Shown piece after piece: positions 35,770 through 45,561 of a stretch of 64,000 nt of DNA. The notes under the pieces are model-generated. The model was not told the DNA's origin and searched no databases. It was given only the letters and a program-made list of their open reading frames with translations. A program made the position numbers and the translations under genes. Positions within the stretch are counted from its first letter, which is position 1. Each line of letters begins with the position of its first letter. The stretch comes from Eubacteriales bacterium (GTDB taxonomy: Bacteria > Bacillota > Clostridia > Oscillospirales > CAG-272). Where the stretch lies: assembly GCA_045594305.1 (NCBI GenBank), contig JAZNYH010000092.1, forward strand, positions 3,500 through 67,499, read 5' to 3'.

Positions 35770-36774
35770 ATGAAAAACGCAAAGACAAACAAGATAAAGC
35801 TTTTAAAGCTATGGGAGCTTTTGTGTCAGGAAACTGATCCGGAGCATCCAATGAGCACTCCCGAGATTCTTGAAAAATTGAAGGATATGGGAATTGATTG
35901 TGATAGAAGAACTCTTTATGATGATATAAAAACACTCAATTCGTTTGGCTACGAGGTTGAGCAATCTCGTGGACTTGCAAACGAATATAGCGTCGATGTG
36001 TCCGCCTTTGACCTTACCGAGCTTCGTATCCTTGTTGACGCCGTTCAGGCAGCCGACTTTATAACCGAGAAAAAGACAAAAAGCCTCGTTGATAAGATTG
36101 CACACCTTGCAGGAAGCCATAAGGCAATGATTTTAAAGCAAAATATTGTTGCTTTTAATAATACAAAGAGCACAAACGAGCATATCTATTACACAGTAAA
36201 CGAAATTTCAACCGCTATAATAGAGAACAAAAAGATAGAGTTTTCCTACTTCAACTACGACGCCTCTCACGAAAGAGTGTTTAGAAGGGATAAGGACAGC
36301 GAGGTTAAGCGTTATGTCGTAAACCCATACGCAACCATTTTCTCTGATGATAAATACTACCTTGTCTGCTATGATGATAAGCACAAGACAATGACTCACT
36401 ATCGTGTTGACCGTATGGAGTCTGTAAAGGTTTTGCCACAAGACATAACCCCACACGAAACAGTTGAGAGCTTTGATATAAGAAAGCACCAAAGACAGGT
36501 GTTCTCAATGTATACGGGCGAAAAAAGAACCGTCGCTATCGAGGCAGAGCCAAGCCTTGCAGATGTTATCTTTGATAAGTTTGGCGAGATTAAGCTCACC
36601 GAAAAGGACGATAGACTCTACTTCGAGGTCGAGGTGCAGGTATCTCCAACCTTTATTGCGTGGTGCTGTTCATTTGGAAACAGAATGCAGGTCGTATCTC
36701 CCCCAACCGTGGTTCACACTATAAAGGAATACACCCACGAGCTTTATTATCTATATTCAAAGGGAAATAAATAA
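35770..36774 (+). CDS. HTH plus WYL domain transcriptional regulator
   Basis: N-terminal wHTH (LLKLWELL......P.ST.EI...L), WYL core (KYYLVCYDDKHKTMTHYRVDRM) and a WCX-like C-terminus. The ATG at 35770 has AAGGAG 6 nt upstream. Confidence 0.8.
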   Translation: MKNAKTNKIKLLKLWELLCQETDPEHPMSTPEILEKLKDMGIDCDRRTLYDDIKTLNSFGYEVEQSRGLANEYSVDVSAFDLTELRILVDAVQAADFITEKKTKSLVDKIAHLAGSHKAMILKQNIVAFNNTKSTNEHIYYTVNEISTAIIENKKIEFSYFNYDASHERVFRRDKDSEVKRYVVNPYATIFSDDKYYLVCYDDKHKTMTHYRVDRMESVKVLPQDITPHETVESFDIRKHQRQVFSMYTGEKRTVAIEAEPSLADVIFDKFGEIKLTEKDDRLYFEVEVQVSPTFIAWCCSFGNRMQVVSPPTVVHTIKEYTHELYYLYSKGNK

Positions 36775-37352
36775 TGGTATTTTTATTCATTATTGAGAGC
36801 CTTGCTCTTGGAGTGGGGCTTGCAATGGACGCCTTTTCCGTGTCGCTTGCAAACGGCTTGAACGAGCCGAGAATGAGGACAAGAAAGGCAATTGGTATAT
36901 GTGGCGTTTTTGCGTTCTTTCAGGCTCTTATGCCTATGATAGGCTGGGTGCTTGTTAGAACAGTAGTGCAAAAATTCCAAGCGTGCGAGAAGTTTATTCC
37001 TTGGATTGCCCTTGCCCTGCTCGGCTTTATCGGTGGCAAGATGCTCTACGAGGGAATACGCTGTAAATGCGATGAGTGTGAGTGTAAAAGGCTCACCCTT
37101 GCAACCCTTATTGTGCAGGGAATAGCAACCTCTATTGATGCATTGTCCGTCGGCTTTGCAATAGATGATTATTCGTTTATTGAGGCTTTGCTTTGCGTGC
37201 TTATTATCGCAGTTATCACCTTCTTGCTTTGCTTTATTGGTATAAATATCGGTTCAAGAGTAGGCAGTAGATTTTCGAGCAAATCGAGCATTATCGGCGG
37301 TGCGATTCTTATCATTATAGGAATAGAGATATTCATAACGGGAATTATATAA
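36774..37352 (+). CDS. mntP: Manganese efflux pump MntP
   Basis: The motif LGVGLAMDAFSVSLANG appears at the N-terminus, with a second DA.SVG repeat (IATSIDALSVGF). Six TM segments, 192 aa. Confidence 0.88.
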   Translation: MVFLFIIESLALGVGLAMDAFSVSLANGLNEPRMRTRKAIGICGVFAFFQALMPMIGWVLVRTVVQKFQACEKFIPWIALALLGFIGGKMLYEGIRCKCDECECKRLTLATLIVQGIATSIDALSVGFAIDDYSFIEALLCVLIIAVITFLLCFIGINIGSRVGSRFSSKSSIIGGAILIIIGIEIFITGII

Positions 37353-37391
37353 TGTAGTGCGATTGGTTGCGCCAAATCTAATTCAACTGAT

Positions 37392-37416
37392 AAAAAAGGG
37401 GTTTTGCCCCTTTTTT
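37392..37416 (+). terminator. Intrinsic terminator after mntP
   Basis: AAAAAAGGGG-TTTTG-CCCCTTTTTT. Confidence 0.7.
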
Positions 37417-37437
37417 GCAGTTTTAAGGCTAAAAGCC

Positions 37438-37490
37438 TTGACTTTTTTAAAAATAGGTGATATTATATTTTTAGTTAGCGAACGCTAACT
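37438..37490 (+). promoter_or_regulatory. copA promoter with an operator-like palindrome over the transcription start
   Basis: TTGACT, 17-nt spacer, TATTAT (37461-66). The perfect inverted repeat AGTTAGCG-AA-CGCTAACT lies at 37473-37490. Confidence 0.55.
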
Positions 37491-37517
37491 GATAGATGAA
37501 AATCAAGGAGGTGGAGT

Positions 37518-39974
37518 ATGAAAAAATTCGATGTAACGGGTATGAGCTGCTCTGCGTGCGTAGCACGAGTGGAGAAGGCTGTAAATGGCGTTTGCGGAGT
37601 GGACTCGTGCTCTGTAAGCCTTCTTACAGGCTCAATGCTTGTCTATGGAGAGGCAAGCGTTGACGCTATAATCCAAGCGGTTTCAGGTGCAGGCTATGGA
37701 GCAATTGAGGCGAGCGATAGCGTCGAGGACGCCTCGCAGGCTCTTGTGGACAAGGATACCCCCGTATTGAAGCGTAGGCTCCTTGCCTCGCTCGGCTTCC
37801 TTTTGGCTCTTATGTACCTCTCAATGGGACACGCTATGTGGGGCTGGTATTTGCCCTCGCCAATCTCAAATCCCGTCGTTGTAGCAGGTCTTGAAATGGC
37901 ACTTGCCCTTGTGGTAATGGTAATAAATAAAAAATTCTTCATAAATGGCGTTAAGGCGGTTATAAATCGCTCGCCAAATATGGATACGCTTGTCGCACTT
38001 GGCTCGGGCGTTTCGTTCTTATACAGCACCTACCTATTTATAGAAATGCTTTTTGCCGAGGATAAGGCACACTACCTTCACGAGCTATACTTTGAAAGCT
38101 CTGCAATGATAGTAACGCTAATTACCGTAGGTAAAATTCTTGAAGCGATGGCTAAGGGCAAGACAACCTCGGCACTCCGTGCTCTTATGGATATGAGCCC
38201 TAAATATGCAACAATTATAGAGGACGGCAAGGAAAGAGTCATAAGAGCAAGCGAGCTTAAAGAGGGCGACATCTTTATCGTAAAAAATGGCGAGAGCGTG
38301 CCTGCCGATGCCACCGTGCTTGATGGTGAGGCAAGCATTGATGAGTCCTCACTAACAGGCGAGAGCGTGCCCGTCGATAAAAAGCCAAGCGAGAGCGTGC
38401 TTGCATCTACAATATGCTCCTCGGGCTTTATAAAATGCAGGGCAGAGCGAACAGGCAAGGATACCGCCTTTGCTCAAATTCTAAAAACAGTAAGCGATGC
38501 AACCGCAACAAAGGCTCCTATCGCAAAAATAGCCGACAAGGTGTCGGGAATTTTCGTTCCTACGGTTATTTTGATTGCCCTTTTTGTAGGCGTTCTTTGG
38601 CTCGCACTCGGCAAGGAAATCGGCTTTGCCCTTGGGCGTGCAATATCAGTTCTTGTAATAAGCTGTCCATGTGCTCTTGGACTTGCAACCCCGGTTGCCA
38701 TAATGGTTGGCGGTGGCGTTGGAGCAAGGCACGGAATACTCTTTAAAACCGCTGAGGCACTTGAACACATTGGAGGGGCAGAAATTGTCGCACTCGATAA
38801 AACAGGCACTATAACAAGCGGTAAAATGAGCGTTGCCGAGATAATACCATACGGCATTAGTGCAGGCGAGCTTTTATCCCTTAGTGCCTCACTTGAAAAG
38901 AGGAGCGAGCACCCCCTCGCAAGGGCAATAGTAGCCTATGCCGAGCAAAAGGAAATCTCACTTTGTGAGGTTGGCGACTTTGAGTCAGTTGCAGGAAGTG
39001 GCGTAAGAGCAACAATAAACGGAAGAAAAATGGCAGGTGGAAGGGAAGGCTTTGTGTCCTCGTATGCATCAATCCCAAGCGAGGCAAGGGAGCGTGCAAT
39101 ATCACTTGCAAACGAGGGAAAAACACCCCTTTTCTTCACACTTGACGGCACTTTTGTAGGAATTATCGCACTTTTCGATACAGTTAAGCAAACAAGCCGT
39201 GAGGCGATAGAATGGCTAAGAGCTCACGGCATTCGTGCAGTAATGATAACGGGCGACAATCAAAGGACGGCAGAGTGCGTCGCTAAGGACGCAGGAATTG
39301 CCGAGGTTGTCGCAGGAGCGATGCCAAGCCAAAAGAGCGAGCATATATCAGCCCTTAAAGAGCAGGGCAAGGTCTTGATGGTTGGCGACGGAGTAAACGA
39401 CGCTCCCGCCCTTGCAACCGCAGATATAGGCGTCGCAATCGGAGCAGGCACGGATGTCGCAATTGATACAGCACAGGTCGTTATAATGAAAAGCGAGCTT
39501 TTGGACCTTTGCGACGCAATAAGACTAAGCCGTGCGACGCTAAGAAACATAAAGCAAAACCTGTTTTGGGCATTTTTCTATAATGTGATAGCGATACCGA
39601 TAGCCTCGGGAGCTCTTGCAGGAATAGGACTAACCCTTAGCCCAATGATAGGTGCGCTCGCAATGAGCCTGTCAAGCGTTTGCGTAGTCACAAACGCATT
39701 AAGATTGAATTTCTTTAAACCAATAAATAAACAAGAAATACAAGAAATACAAGTTGAAGAGGAAAATGATGATATGGTAACAGTAATAAAGGTTAGTGGA
39801 ATGATGTGTCCCCATTGTGAGGCAAGAGTAAAGAGCGTGCTTGAAGCAATCGAGGGCGTGGAGAAGGCAAGCCCAAGCCACAAGAAGGGAATTGTAAAGA
39901 TTAAGTTTGATGCCCCTGCTGAAATTTCCACAATAAAGAACGCAATAAAAGAGGCAGGCTACACAGTAGAGTAA
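37518..39974 (+). CDS. copA: Copper-translocating P1B-type ATPase
   Basis: N-terminal HMA domain (GMSCSACV), TGES, CPC (SCPCALGLATP), DKTGT, GDGVNDAP, and a second HMA at the C-terminus (GMMCPHCE). Confidence 0.93.
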   Translation: MKKFDVTGMSCSACVARVEKAVNGVCGVDSCSVSLLTGSMLVYGEASVDAIIQAVSGAGYGAIEASDSVEDASQALVDKDTPVLKRRLLASLGFLLALMYLSMGHAMWGWYLPSPISNPVVVAGLEMALALVVMVINKKFFINGVKAVINRSPNMDTLVALGSGVSFLYSTYLFIEMLFAEDKAHYLHELYFESSAMIVTLITVGKILEAMAKGKTTSALRALMDMSPKYATIIEDGKERVIRASELKEGDIFIVKNGESVPADATVLDGEASIDESSLTGESVPVDKKPSESVLASTICSSGFIKCRAERTGKDTAFAQILKTVSDATATKAPIAKIADKVSGIFVPTVILIALFVGVLWLALGKEIGFALGRAISVLVISCPCALGLATPVAIMVGGGVGARHGILFKTAEALEHIGGAEIVALDKTGTITSGKMSVAEIIPYGISAGELLSLSASLEKRSEHPLARAIVAYAEQKEISLCEVGDFESVAGSGVRATINGRKMAGGREGFVSSYASIPSEARERAISLANEGKTPLFFTLDGTFVGIIALFDTVKQTSREAIEWLRAHGIRAVMITGDNQRTAECVAKDAGIAEVVAGAMPSQKSEHISALKEQGKVLMVGDGVNDAPALATADIGVAIGAGTDVAIDTAQVVIMKSELLDLCDAIRLSRATLRNIKQNLFWAFFYNVIAIPIASGALAGIGLTLSPMIGALAMSLSSVCVVTNALRLNFFKPINKQEIQEIQVEEENDDMVTVIKVSGMMCPHCEARVKSVLEAIEGVEKASPSHKKGIVKIKFDAPAEISTIKNAIKEAGYTVE

Positions 39975-40123
39975 GCCTAAAAGCCTTAAAAATCAAAAAA
40001 TATCACCCGAAAAAGAGTTGACAGACTTTCGGCAAAATGCACAAAAATCAGATTTTTCGAGCCCTTGAATTATCTAATTTTTTGTGCAACCCTACAAAAA
40101 ATGGTAGGGGAAGCCGAACTCTG

Positions 40124-40152
40124 TTGACTTTTTTCTTTTTAAGGTATATAAT
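40124..40152 (+). promoter_or_regulatory. Canonical promoter for the lipoprotein genes
   Basis: TTGACT, 17-nt spacer, TATAAT. Confidence 0.6.
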
Positions 40153-40202
40153 AAAGGAGCAAAATAAATCTGCTTCGGCAGTAGAACAAGGAGTTTATAG
40201 AA

Positions 40203-41336
40203 ATGAAAAACACAATGAAAAAGCTTCTCTGCTTGATTCTCGCATTGTGCTTCACATTCACCTTTATCATCTCTTGTAAAAAGGATGAGGGCGATGATGA
40301 TGAAGATGAAAGCGATGTAGAGATCACTCTTATTTTCGATTACAGCGAGTATGAGGGAGTAGAGTGGGATGAGGACTTCGACGAGGAAATGGTAGTTGAG
40401 GCTAACAAGAAGGTTGGTAGCTTCCCAAAGCCAAAGCTTGATGGCTACAAGTTTGACGGCTGGTATGAGGACACTGAGGATCCCGACACAAAGCTTAGAA
40501 CAACAACAAAGTATTCTGGTGAAGAAACAGAAATCACCCTTTACGCTAAGTTTAAGGAAGACGACGGCGGCGATGACGATAACGGCTCAACCACATATAA
40601 CTGTGCTAAGGGCGTTCATAACTGGAAGATTACAACAACACCTCCAACCTGTACAGACGCTGGTAAGAAATTGAAGGTTTGCCAGATTTGTAACGACGAG
40701 GAGTCAGACGCTATCCACTCATCACAAAATCCAAAGCTTGGACACCAATGGGTTGAGGCAGGTGCTATTGACGACGGCGGATGGTCATACATTGCTCTTG
40801 CAAGACAGAGAACATGTAAGAGAGAGGGCTGTGATTACGCTGAAACAATCCAGCTTGAAAACCTTACATCGAATATCAACAGCCTTACAGTATCAATCGA
40901 TGCAGGTGCTTGGCCAGGAACAGCTGAGTGGCCAGCTATCCTTACTGATAACAAGTGGGATGGTAAGGCAGCAAATCAGCCTGACGCAGCTCCTAAGGGA
41001 GGCGGACCTCTTACAATCACAATGCTCTTTAACAAGGCTCTCGATGTAGACCAGCTTGTTATTTGTGCAAAGGGACTTGGTGAGGACGGATATTCATCTA
41101 AGTATAAGATCTTCATCTGGTATGCTGATGAGGCTACATTCCCAGAGGGTGATGAAAACGCTAAGTACCCAGGCGAGCTTCTCTCAACACACGGTACAAA
41201 GGCAACAGCAGCTTGTATTGACCTCAGTGCTGAGGAAAGACCTATTCTTGGTATCAAGATAGTATTCCCAAAGACACTTCACGGCTCTGAGCTCTTCCAC
41301 GAGATCGCAATTGCAAGAATTCCTGACGAGGAATAA
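40203..41336 (+). CDS. Lipoprotein with a Listeria-Bacteroides (Flg_new) repeat, a Cys-rich module and a discoidin-like C-terminal domain
   Basis: Lipobox IISC. GYKFDGWYED....L..TT.....ITLYAKF is a Flg_new repeat. It also contains H.W....PTC...G....C..C. Confidence 0.7.
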   Translation: MKNTMKKLLCLILALCFTFTFIISCKKDEGDDDEDESDVEITLIFDYSEYEGVEWDEDFDEEMVVEANKKVGSFPKPKLDGYKFDGWYEDTEDPDTKLRTTTKYSGEETEITLYAKFKEDDGGDDDNGSTTYNCAKGVHNWKITTTPPTCTDAGKKLKVCQICNDEESDAIHSSQNPKLGHQWVEAGAIDDGGWSYIALARQRTCKREGCDYAETIQLENLTSNINSLTVSIDAGAWPGTAEWPAILTDNKWDGKAANQPDAAPKGGGPLTITMLFNKALDVDQLVICAKGLGEDGYSSKYKIFIWYADEATFPEGDENAKYPGELLSTHGTKATAACIDLSAEERPILGIKIVFPKTLHGSELFHEIAIARIPDEE

Positions 41337-41424
41337 TTTTAGTTGAAAATTAACCCCCTCGACAACAAGAGGGGGTTAAATTACCATATTGGCAAAAACA
41401 AAACCCAAACAAAACGGAGTAGTT

Positions 41425-44400
41425 ATGAAAAGAAAACTTTTAGTTCTTCTTGCACTTCTTCTTTGCTTTATCCTCGCTGTTTCACTTACAGCGTGTGGTG
41501 GCGATGATGACGAGGGCGGTGAGTCCTCATCAAGCTCAACCTCGGAAAAGGTTTACTTCTCAGTAACCTTTAACCCAAATTACGAGGGAGCACCCGCTAT
41601 TGAGCCAAGAGATGTTCAAGAGGGAAAGAAAATAGGCGAGCTTCCTGAACCTGAGAGAGAGGGCTGGATTTTCGAGGGCTGGTATGCAGAGGATGATACC
41701 GACTTTGAAACAAAGTACACCTCATCTAAGAAGGTAACAGAGGATCTCGTTCTCGTTGCAAAATGGAGCGAGGAGCCGCCCTGTGCTCACGAAACAGGCT
41801 TTGCCGCAGTGGCACTTAATGAACCAACATGTGATAAGGACTCTATCCTTATTGAAAGATGCCGTAACCCTAAGTGTGGCTTTGTTAGAGAAACAAAGCT
41901 TGCAGACGCTCTTGGTCACAATATGAAGACAAGAGAGCCTGTTCCTGCTAACTGTATCAACGCAGGCTACACAAAGAAGGAATGTATTCGCCCAGGATGT
42001 CCATATTTTGAAACAATCCCAGGCGATCCACCAACAGGTATTCACTCCTTCCCAGAGTCATGGCAGGATATCAAGATTGCAACAGACTACGCTTACGGTG
42101 AGCAGAGAAGAGGCTGTAAGATTTGTGGTGAGCTTGAATATAGAAGCGTTGAGCCAAATCTTCTCGACCAATACGATTCTCTTCCTATTAAGAATGTAGT
42201 AATCGGCGGAAAGACATATGTAAATGTAGCAGGCACTGCAACCGCAGTTGCAAGCTCACTTTATAGAACAACACTTGCAGCTAACGCAATTGACGGAGCT
42301 CCTGCATCCTTCTGGCGTGCAGATGCTCTTGTTGAAAAGGAAACCTTCATAGGTGATGTAATCGAGGTTACAATGCCTATCTCTTACGAGGTTGCTCGTA
42401 TCGAGTTCACAATTCCTAACTATTGGGCTTGGAAGCTTGGCGAGGATTGCACAGTTTCCTACGATATAGAGATATTCGTGGACAATGCGTGGGTTAAGAT
42501 TGGTACAATCTCCGATACAGACGCTCACGATCCTACCTCAAAGAATGCAGTTGTTGCACTTACCTTGGCAACCCCTACTGTAACAAACAAGGTTAGAGCA
42601 ACTGTAACACACGCAACTCGTTTTGCTCCTGCAATGATTTATGAAATGCAGATATTTGGCTATGTTGAGGAATTTGTAAGAGTTCCAAAGTCAATTGCAA
42701 CTCTTGCAACAGGCTCAATTACTGGCTCATATAACTCATGGGTTAACAGTAGTGCAGCAAACCTTCTCGACGGCTCAACCCTAACCTCATGGTGTACTGA
42801 CGCTCGTGTATGGACAGCTCAGGAAACCCTAATTTACACAAGATCCCCTAACAACATTACAAACGGTGCAGTTGACTATGGTATGAACAACAAGCAAACC
42901 GTAAGTAAGGTTGTTGTAAACGCAGGCTATTTTGAAGGCGAGACACTTGATGTCCTTATCTGCCGTGCTTGGACAGAGCCTAAGATGGTTGAAAAGAAGG
43001 TTCAATCAACTGACGCAAGCGGTAACCCACTCTTTGATGAGAACGGAGACCCAATTATGGAAACCGTTAAGGACCCTGAGGGTAATACCGTAATGGTTCA
43101 AGAGCAAAAGCCAAAGGTTGACAAGGACGGAAATCCTGTTCTCAACCCAGATGGTAGCCCCGTAATGGAGGATGTATGGCTTGATCAGGTTAAGTGGTAC
43201 TCCTGCGGAGTAGTTGAGGTTCAAAGTGGTGTTTCCTCATACACCTTTACACCAAAGGATGAAGAGGGCAGTGATATTACCCTTACCGATGTTGTAATGG
43301 TTCGTGTTGAGGTTGACAATTTCGGTTCTGATGAAAACAAGGACTTTCATACCGTAACATCAATGACAGTCACCACATCAGCTGGCGACAAAACATATAA
43401 CAACACAACACCAGAGTTTGTATGGACTCCAAGAAAGAAGGTTTATGCAACTCTCACCTTCCCACAAGCAGAATTTATCGCTTATATCGATATCGTATGC
43501 GCTAAGGATGTAGGAAGAGTTATGTCACTCCAATTCTGGGTTGACGATCCATCTCTCGAAAGAGGCGGATATTGGGATGAATACAAGACAATTGAGGTTC
43601 TTGAAAGCTCATCAGTTGGTGGTATTGCTACCTTTACAGTCGATGTTGGACAGCATGTATCCAAGATTAGACTTGAAATCACAAAGGAGCCTGCTATCTA
43701 CGGAGCATATATTTACGATATTTCTCCATACACAGTATCCGAGGTAGCCGAGGAGCTTCCAGCTCTTAGTGGTTGTCCACATAAGTTCTCATCTCCAGAA
43801 CCAGTTAATGTTGTTGCACCAACCTGTACAACAGCTGGCTACTCAGTATTCAAGTGCTTTAGCTGTGAGCAAACATGGAAGACCGACCATGTCGATATGA
43901 CAGGTCACAAGTGGGGACAAGGAACAGTTGACTCTGAGGATAGAAACAAGGTAATGCGTTATTCATGTACCGCTGCAAACTGTGGCGCAACTAAGGTTGA
44001 TATAACCGAGTACAGAACTGACGATGGATACCTTGCAGTTCCAACAGTAACAAAGTATTATCACAACGCTCCTGCGGCTTGGAGCTTCACCTTCGATGAT
44101 GGTAACTATATTGATACCTACGAGTGGGTAATTCCAGAGCTTCAAAAGCGTAACTTTAAGGCGACAGCCGTTATTACAGTTCAATACTCAGGCTCATACA
44201 CCTATGAGTGGGAGAGATATATTGCGTCTGGTGTATTTGACATCGGCTCGCACTCACAGCTCCACGCAGGCGATTTCGCTGGCGAAAAGCTTGATGAGTC
44301 TGGAATGATGAAGGAAATTGACGAGGCTCACTTTATCTTTATGAGCTGGTTCCCAGGACAAAGAGTTCTTGGCTTCGCTACACCTAACGGTAAGACAGGT

Positions 44401-45081
44401 GCGGGAACAGCGAATATGGTTAACGACCTTATGATTGGTGGCCGTAGTGGTGGTCAGGGTGGTATGTACTGTGATCCTGACACACTCTCATCAAGAGAGC
44501 AGTGGGGTAACCTACCTTCATTCATCACATATAGATCAATGACCTTCGGCGAAAGCAGCAACTGGTCTAATAACGACGGTGCTGGTGACATTAAGGCTTG
44601 TATCGACCACCTCGTAGAAGAGAGACTTTGGACAGCTGACTGTGTTCATACAATTGACACATCACCAAATCAAACAACAAACGACAAGTTCAGTATCAGG
44701 AAGGATACAATGATTAAGAAGCTCGACTACCTTGAAGAAAAGGGCGTTTGGGTTGGCTCATATACACAGGCACTTCAATATTTCAGAGAGGCTCATGCCG
44801 CTGAAATTACAGATATGTCTATTGGAGCTACTGAAATCAGCTTTAAGGTAACAGATGGTCTTGACGACATAATGTTCGTACAGCCACTTACCTTCAAGTT
44901 CACACTTCCTACCGGCTGGACCGATGTAACAGTTACACAAAACGGCGTTGAAATCCCAGTGGTAGACAGCGATGACTATTCACCTAACATGGATAAGTCT
45001 ATGGCTTGCACAATCATTAACGGAGTTCTTTACTTCGACGCAGTTCCAGATGCTGGTACAGTAGTTATTACTAAGAAATAA
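41425..45081 (+). CDS. Large lipoprotein: Flg_new repeat, Cys-rich modules, discoidin (F5/8 type C)-like domains and a C-terminal polysaccharide deacetylase (CE4/NodB) domain
   Basis: Lipobox LTAC after the ATG at 41425 (GGAG 5 nt upstream). Contains GWIFEGWYAED, NAIDGAPASFWRAD and LLDGSTLTSW. The C-terminus has WSFTFDDGNY...GSHSQLH, typical of NodB-homology deacetylases. Confidence 0.75.
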   Translation: MKRKLLVLLALLLCFILAVSLTACGGDDDEGGESSSSSTSEKVYFSVTFNPNYEGAPAIEPRDVQEGKKIGELPEPEREGWIFEGWYAEDDTDFETKYTSSKKVTEDLVLVAKWSEEPPCAHETGFAAVALNEPTCDKDSILIERCRNPKCGFVRETKLADALGHNMKTREPVPANCINAGYTKKECIRPGCPYFETIPGDPPTGIHSFPESWQDIKIATDYAYGEQRRGCKICGELEYRSVEPNLLDQYDSLPIKNVVIGGKTYVNVAGTATAVASSLYRTTLAANAIDGAPASFWRADALVEKETFIGDVIEVTMPISYEVARIEFTIPNYWAWKLGEDCTVSYDIEIFVDNAWVKIGTISDTDAHDPTSKNAVVALTLATPTVTNKVRATVTHATRFAPAMIYEMQIFGYVEEFVRVPKSIATLATGSITGSYNSWVNSSAANLLDGSTLTSWCTDARVWTAQETLIYTRSPNNITNGAVDYGMNNKQTVSKVVVNAGYFEGETLDVLICRAWTEPKMVEKKVQSTDASGNPLFDENGDPIMETVKDPEGNTVMVQEQKPKVDKDGNPVLNPDGSPVMEDVWLDQVKWYSCGVVEVQSGVSSYTFTPKDEEGSDITLTDVVMVRVEVDNFGSDENKDFHTVTSMTVTTSAGDKTYNNTTPEFVWTPRKKVYATLTFPQAEFIAYIDIVCAKDVGRVMSLQFWVDDPSLERGGYWDEYKTIEVLESSSVGGIATFTVDVGQHVSKIRLEITKEPAIYGAYIYDISPYTVSEVAEELPALSGCPHKFSSPEPVNVVAPTCTTAGYSVFKCFSCEQTWKTDHVDMTGHKWGQGTVDSEDRNKVMRYSCTAANCGATKVDITEYRTDDGYLAVPTVTKYYHNAPAAWSFTFDDGNYIDTYEWVIPELQKRNFKATAVITVQYSGSYTYEWERYIASGVFDIGSHSQLHAGDFAGEKLDESGMMKEIDEAHFIFMSWFPGQRVLGFATPNGKTGAGTANMVNDLMIGGRSGGQGGMYCDPDTLSSREQWGNLPSFITYRSMTFGESSNWSNNDGAGDIKACIDHLVEERLWTADCVHTIDTSPNQTTNDKFSIRKDTMIKKLDYLEEKGVWVGSYTQALQYFREAHAAEITDMSIGATEISFKVTDGLDDIMFVQPLTFKFTLPTGWTDVTVTQNGVEIPVVDSDDYSPNMDKSMACTIINGVLYFDAVPDAGTVVITKK

Positions 45082-45107
45082 TTGATAGATTATTCATTCA
45101 ATAAAGA

Positions 45108-45141
45108 ATACCCGTGAGCGTATGCCCACGGGTATTTTTTC
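45108..45141 (+). terminator. Intrinsic terminator after the lipoprotein genes
   Basis: Stem ATACCCGTG / CACGGGTAT followed by T6. Confidence 0.8.
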
Positions 45142-45294
45142 GTTATGTGCGATTAATGCATCACATTTGTCGCTCGCTCGATGCAACGGGCGAGTATTTT
45201 TATTACTATATAGGTAAAAATTGATGATTTTGTGAACAACTCATACGAAAAGTGAAAGTTTTGTGAAGACGCACCGAAAAGGAATTGAACTCTA

Positions 45295-45323
45295 TTGAAA
45301 TCCTACCAAATATACCATATAAT
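45295..45323 (+). promoter_or_regulatory. Canonical promoter with no ORF behind it
   Basis: TTGAAA, 17-nt spacer, TATAAT. The next credible start codon is 350 nt away and has its own promoter. Confidence 0.55.
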
Positions 45324-45328
45324 GACAA

Positions 45329-45561
45329 TGGCGAGAGGGGAAATAGAGCCCCATCCCGTCAGGCTTGCTAACCTCGGCACAGCCGAAAGGCAAGCATCTC
45401 CCTAATCTCTAAATTCGGCCCCCTGCTTCGGGGCTATGACAAAAAGGAGGAAAAACTCGAAAAGTTAGCTCAAGAAGCCTTGGGGACAAAACCTTGGCTT
45501 TGGGCAATTTCCACAAAAAATAAGTCGATAAACGAAAAAGAAAAATTCGTTTTTTGTGGAA
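45329..45561 (+). ncRNA. Candidate structured RNA or long leader (class not recognised)
   Basis: GC-rich stem-loops in AT-rich surroundings: GGGG/CCCC (45337-52), GCTTGC/GCAAGC enclosing TCGG-CACAG-CCGA (45363-95), GCCCC/GGGGC (45418-34), and a 12-bp A/U hairpin TTCCACAAAAAA/TTTTTTGTGGAA (45509-61). Confidence 0.3.

Noticed and set aside
36700-36780. Expected yybP-ykoY Mn riboswitch in front of mntP
   Set aside because: The mntP start codon overlaps the stop of the WYL regulator gene (ATAATGG), leaving no leader. No riboswitch is possible here.
45329-45440. Assignment of the GC-rich element to a known riboswitch or RNA family
   Set aside because: The conserved cores of c-di-GMP-I/II, glycine, fluoride, guanidine-I/II/III, ZTP, SAM-I, TPP, yybP-ykoY, 6S, SRP and tmRNA, as I remember them, do not match. 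I left it as an unclassified candidate rather than naming a class.
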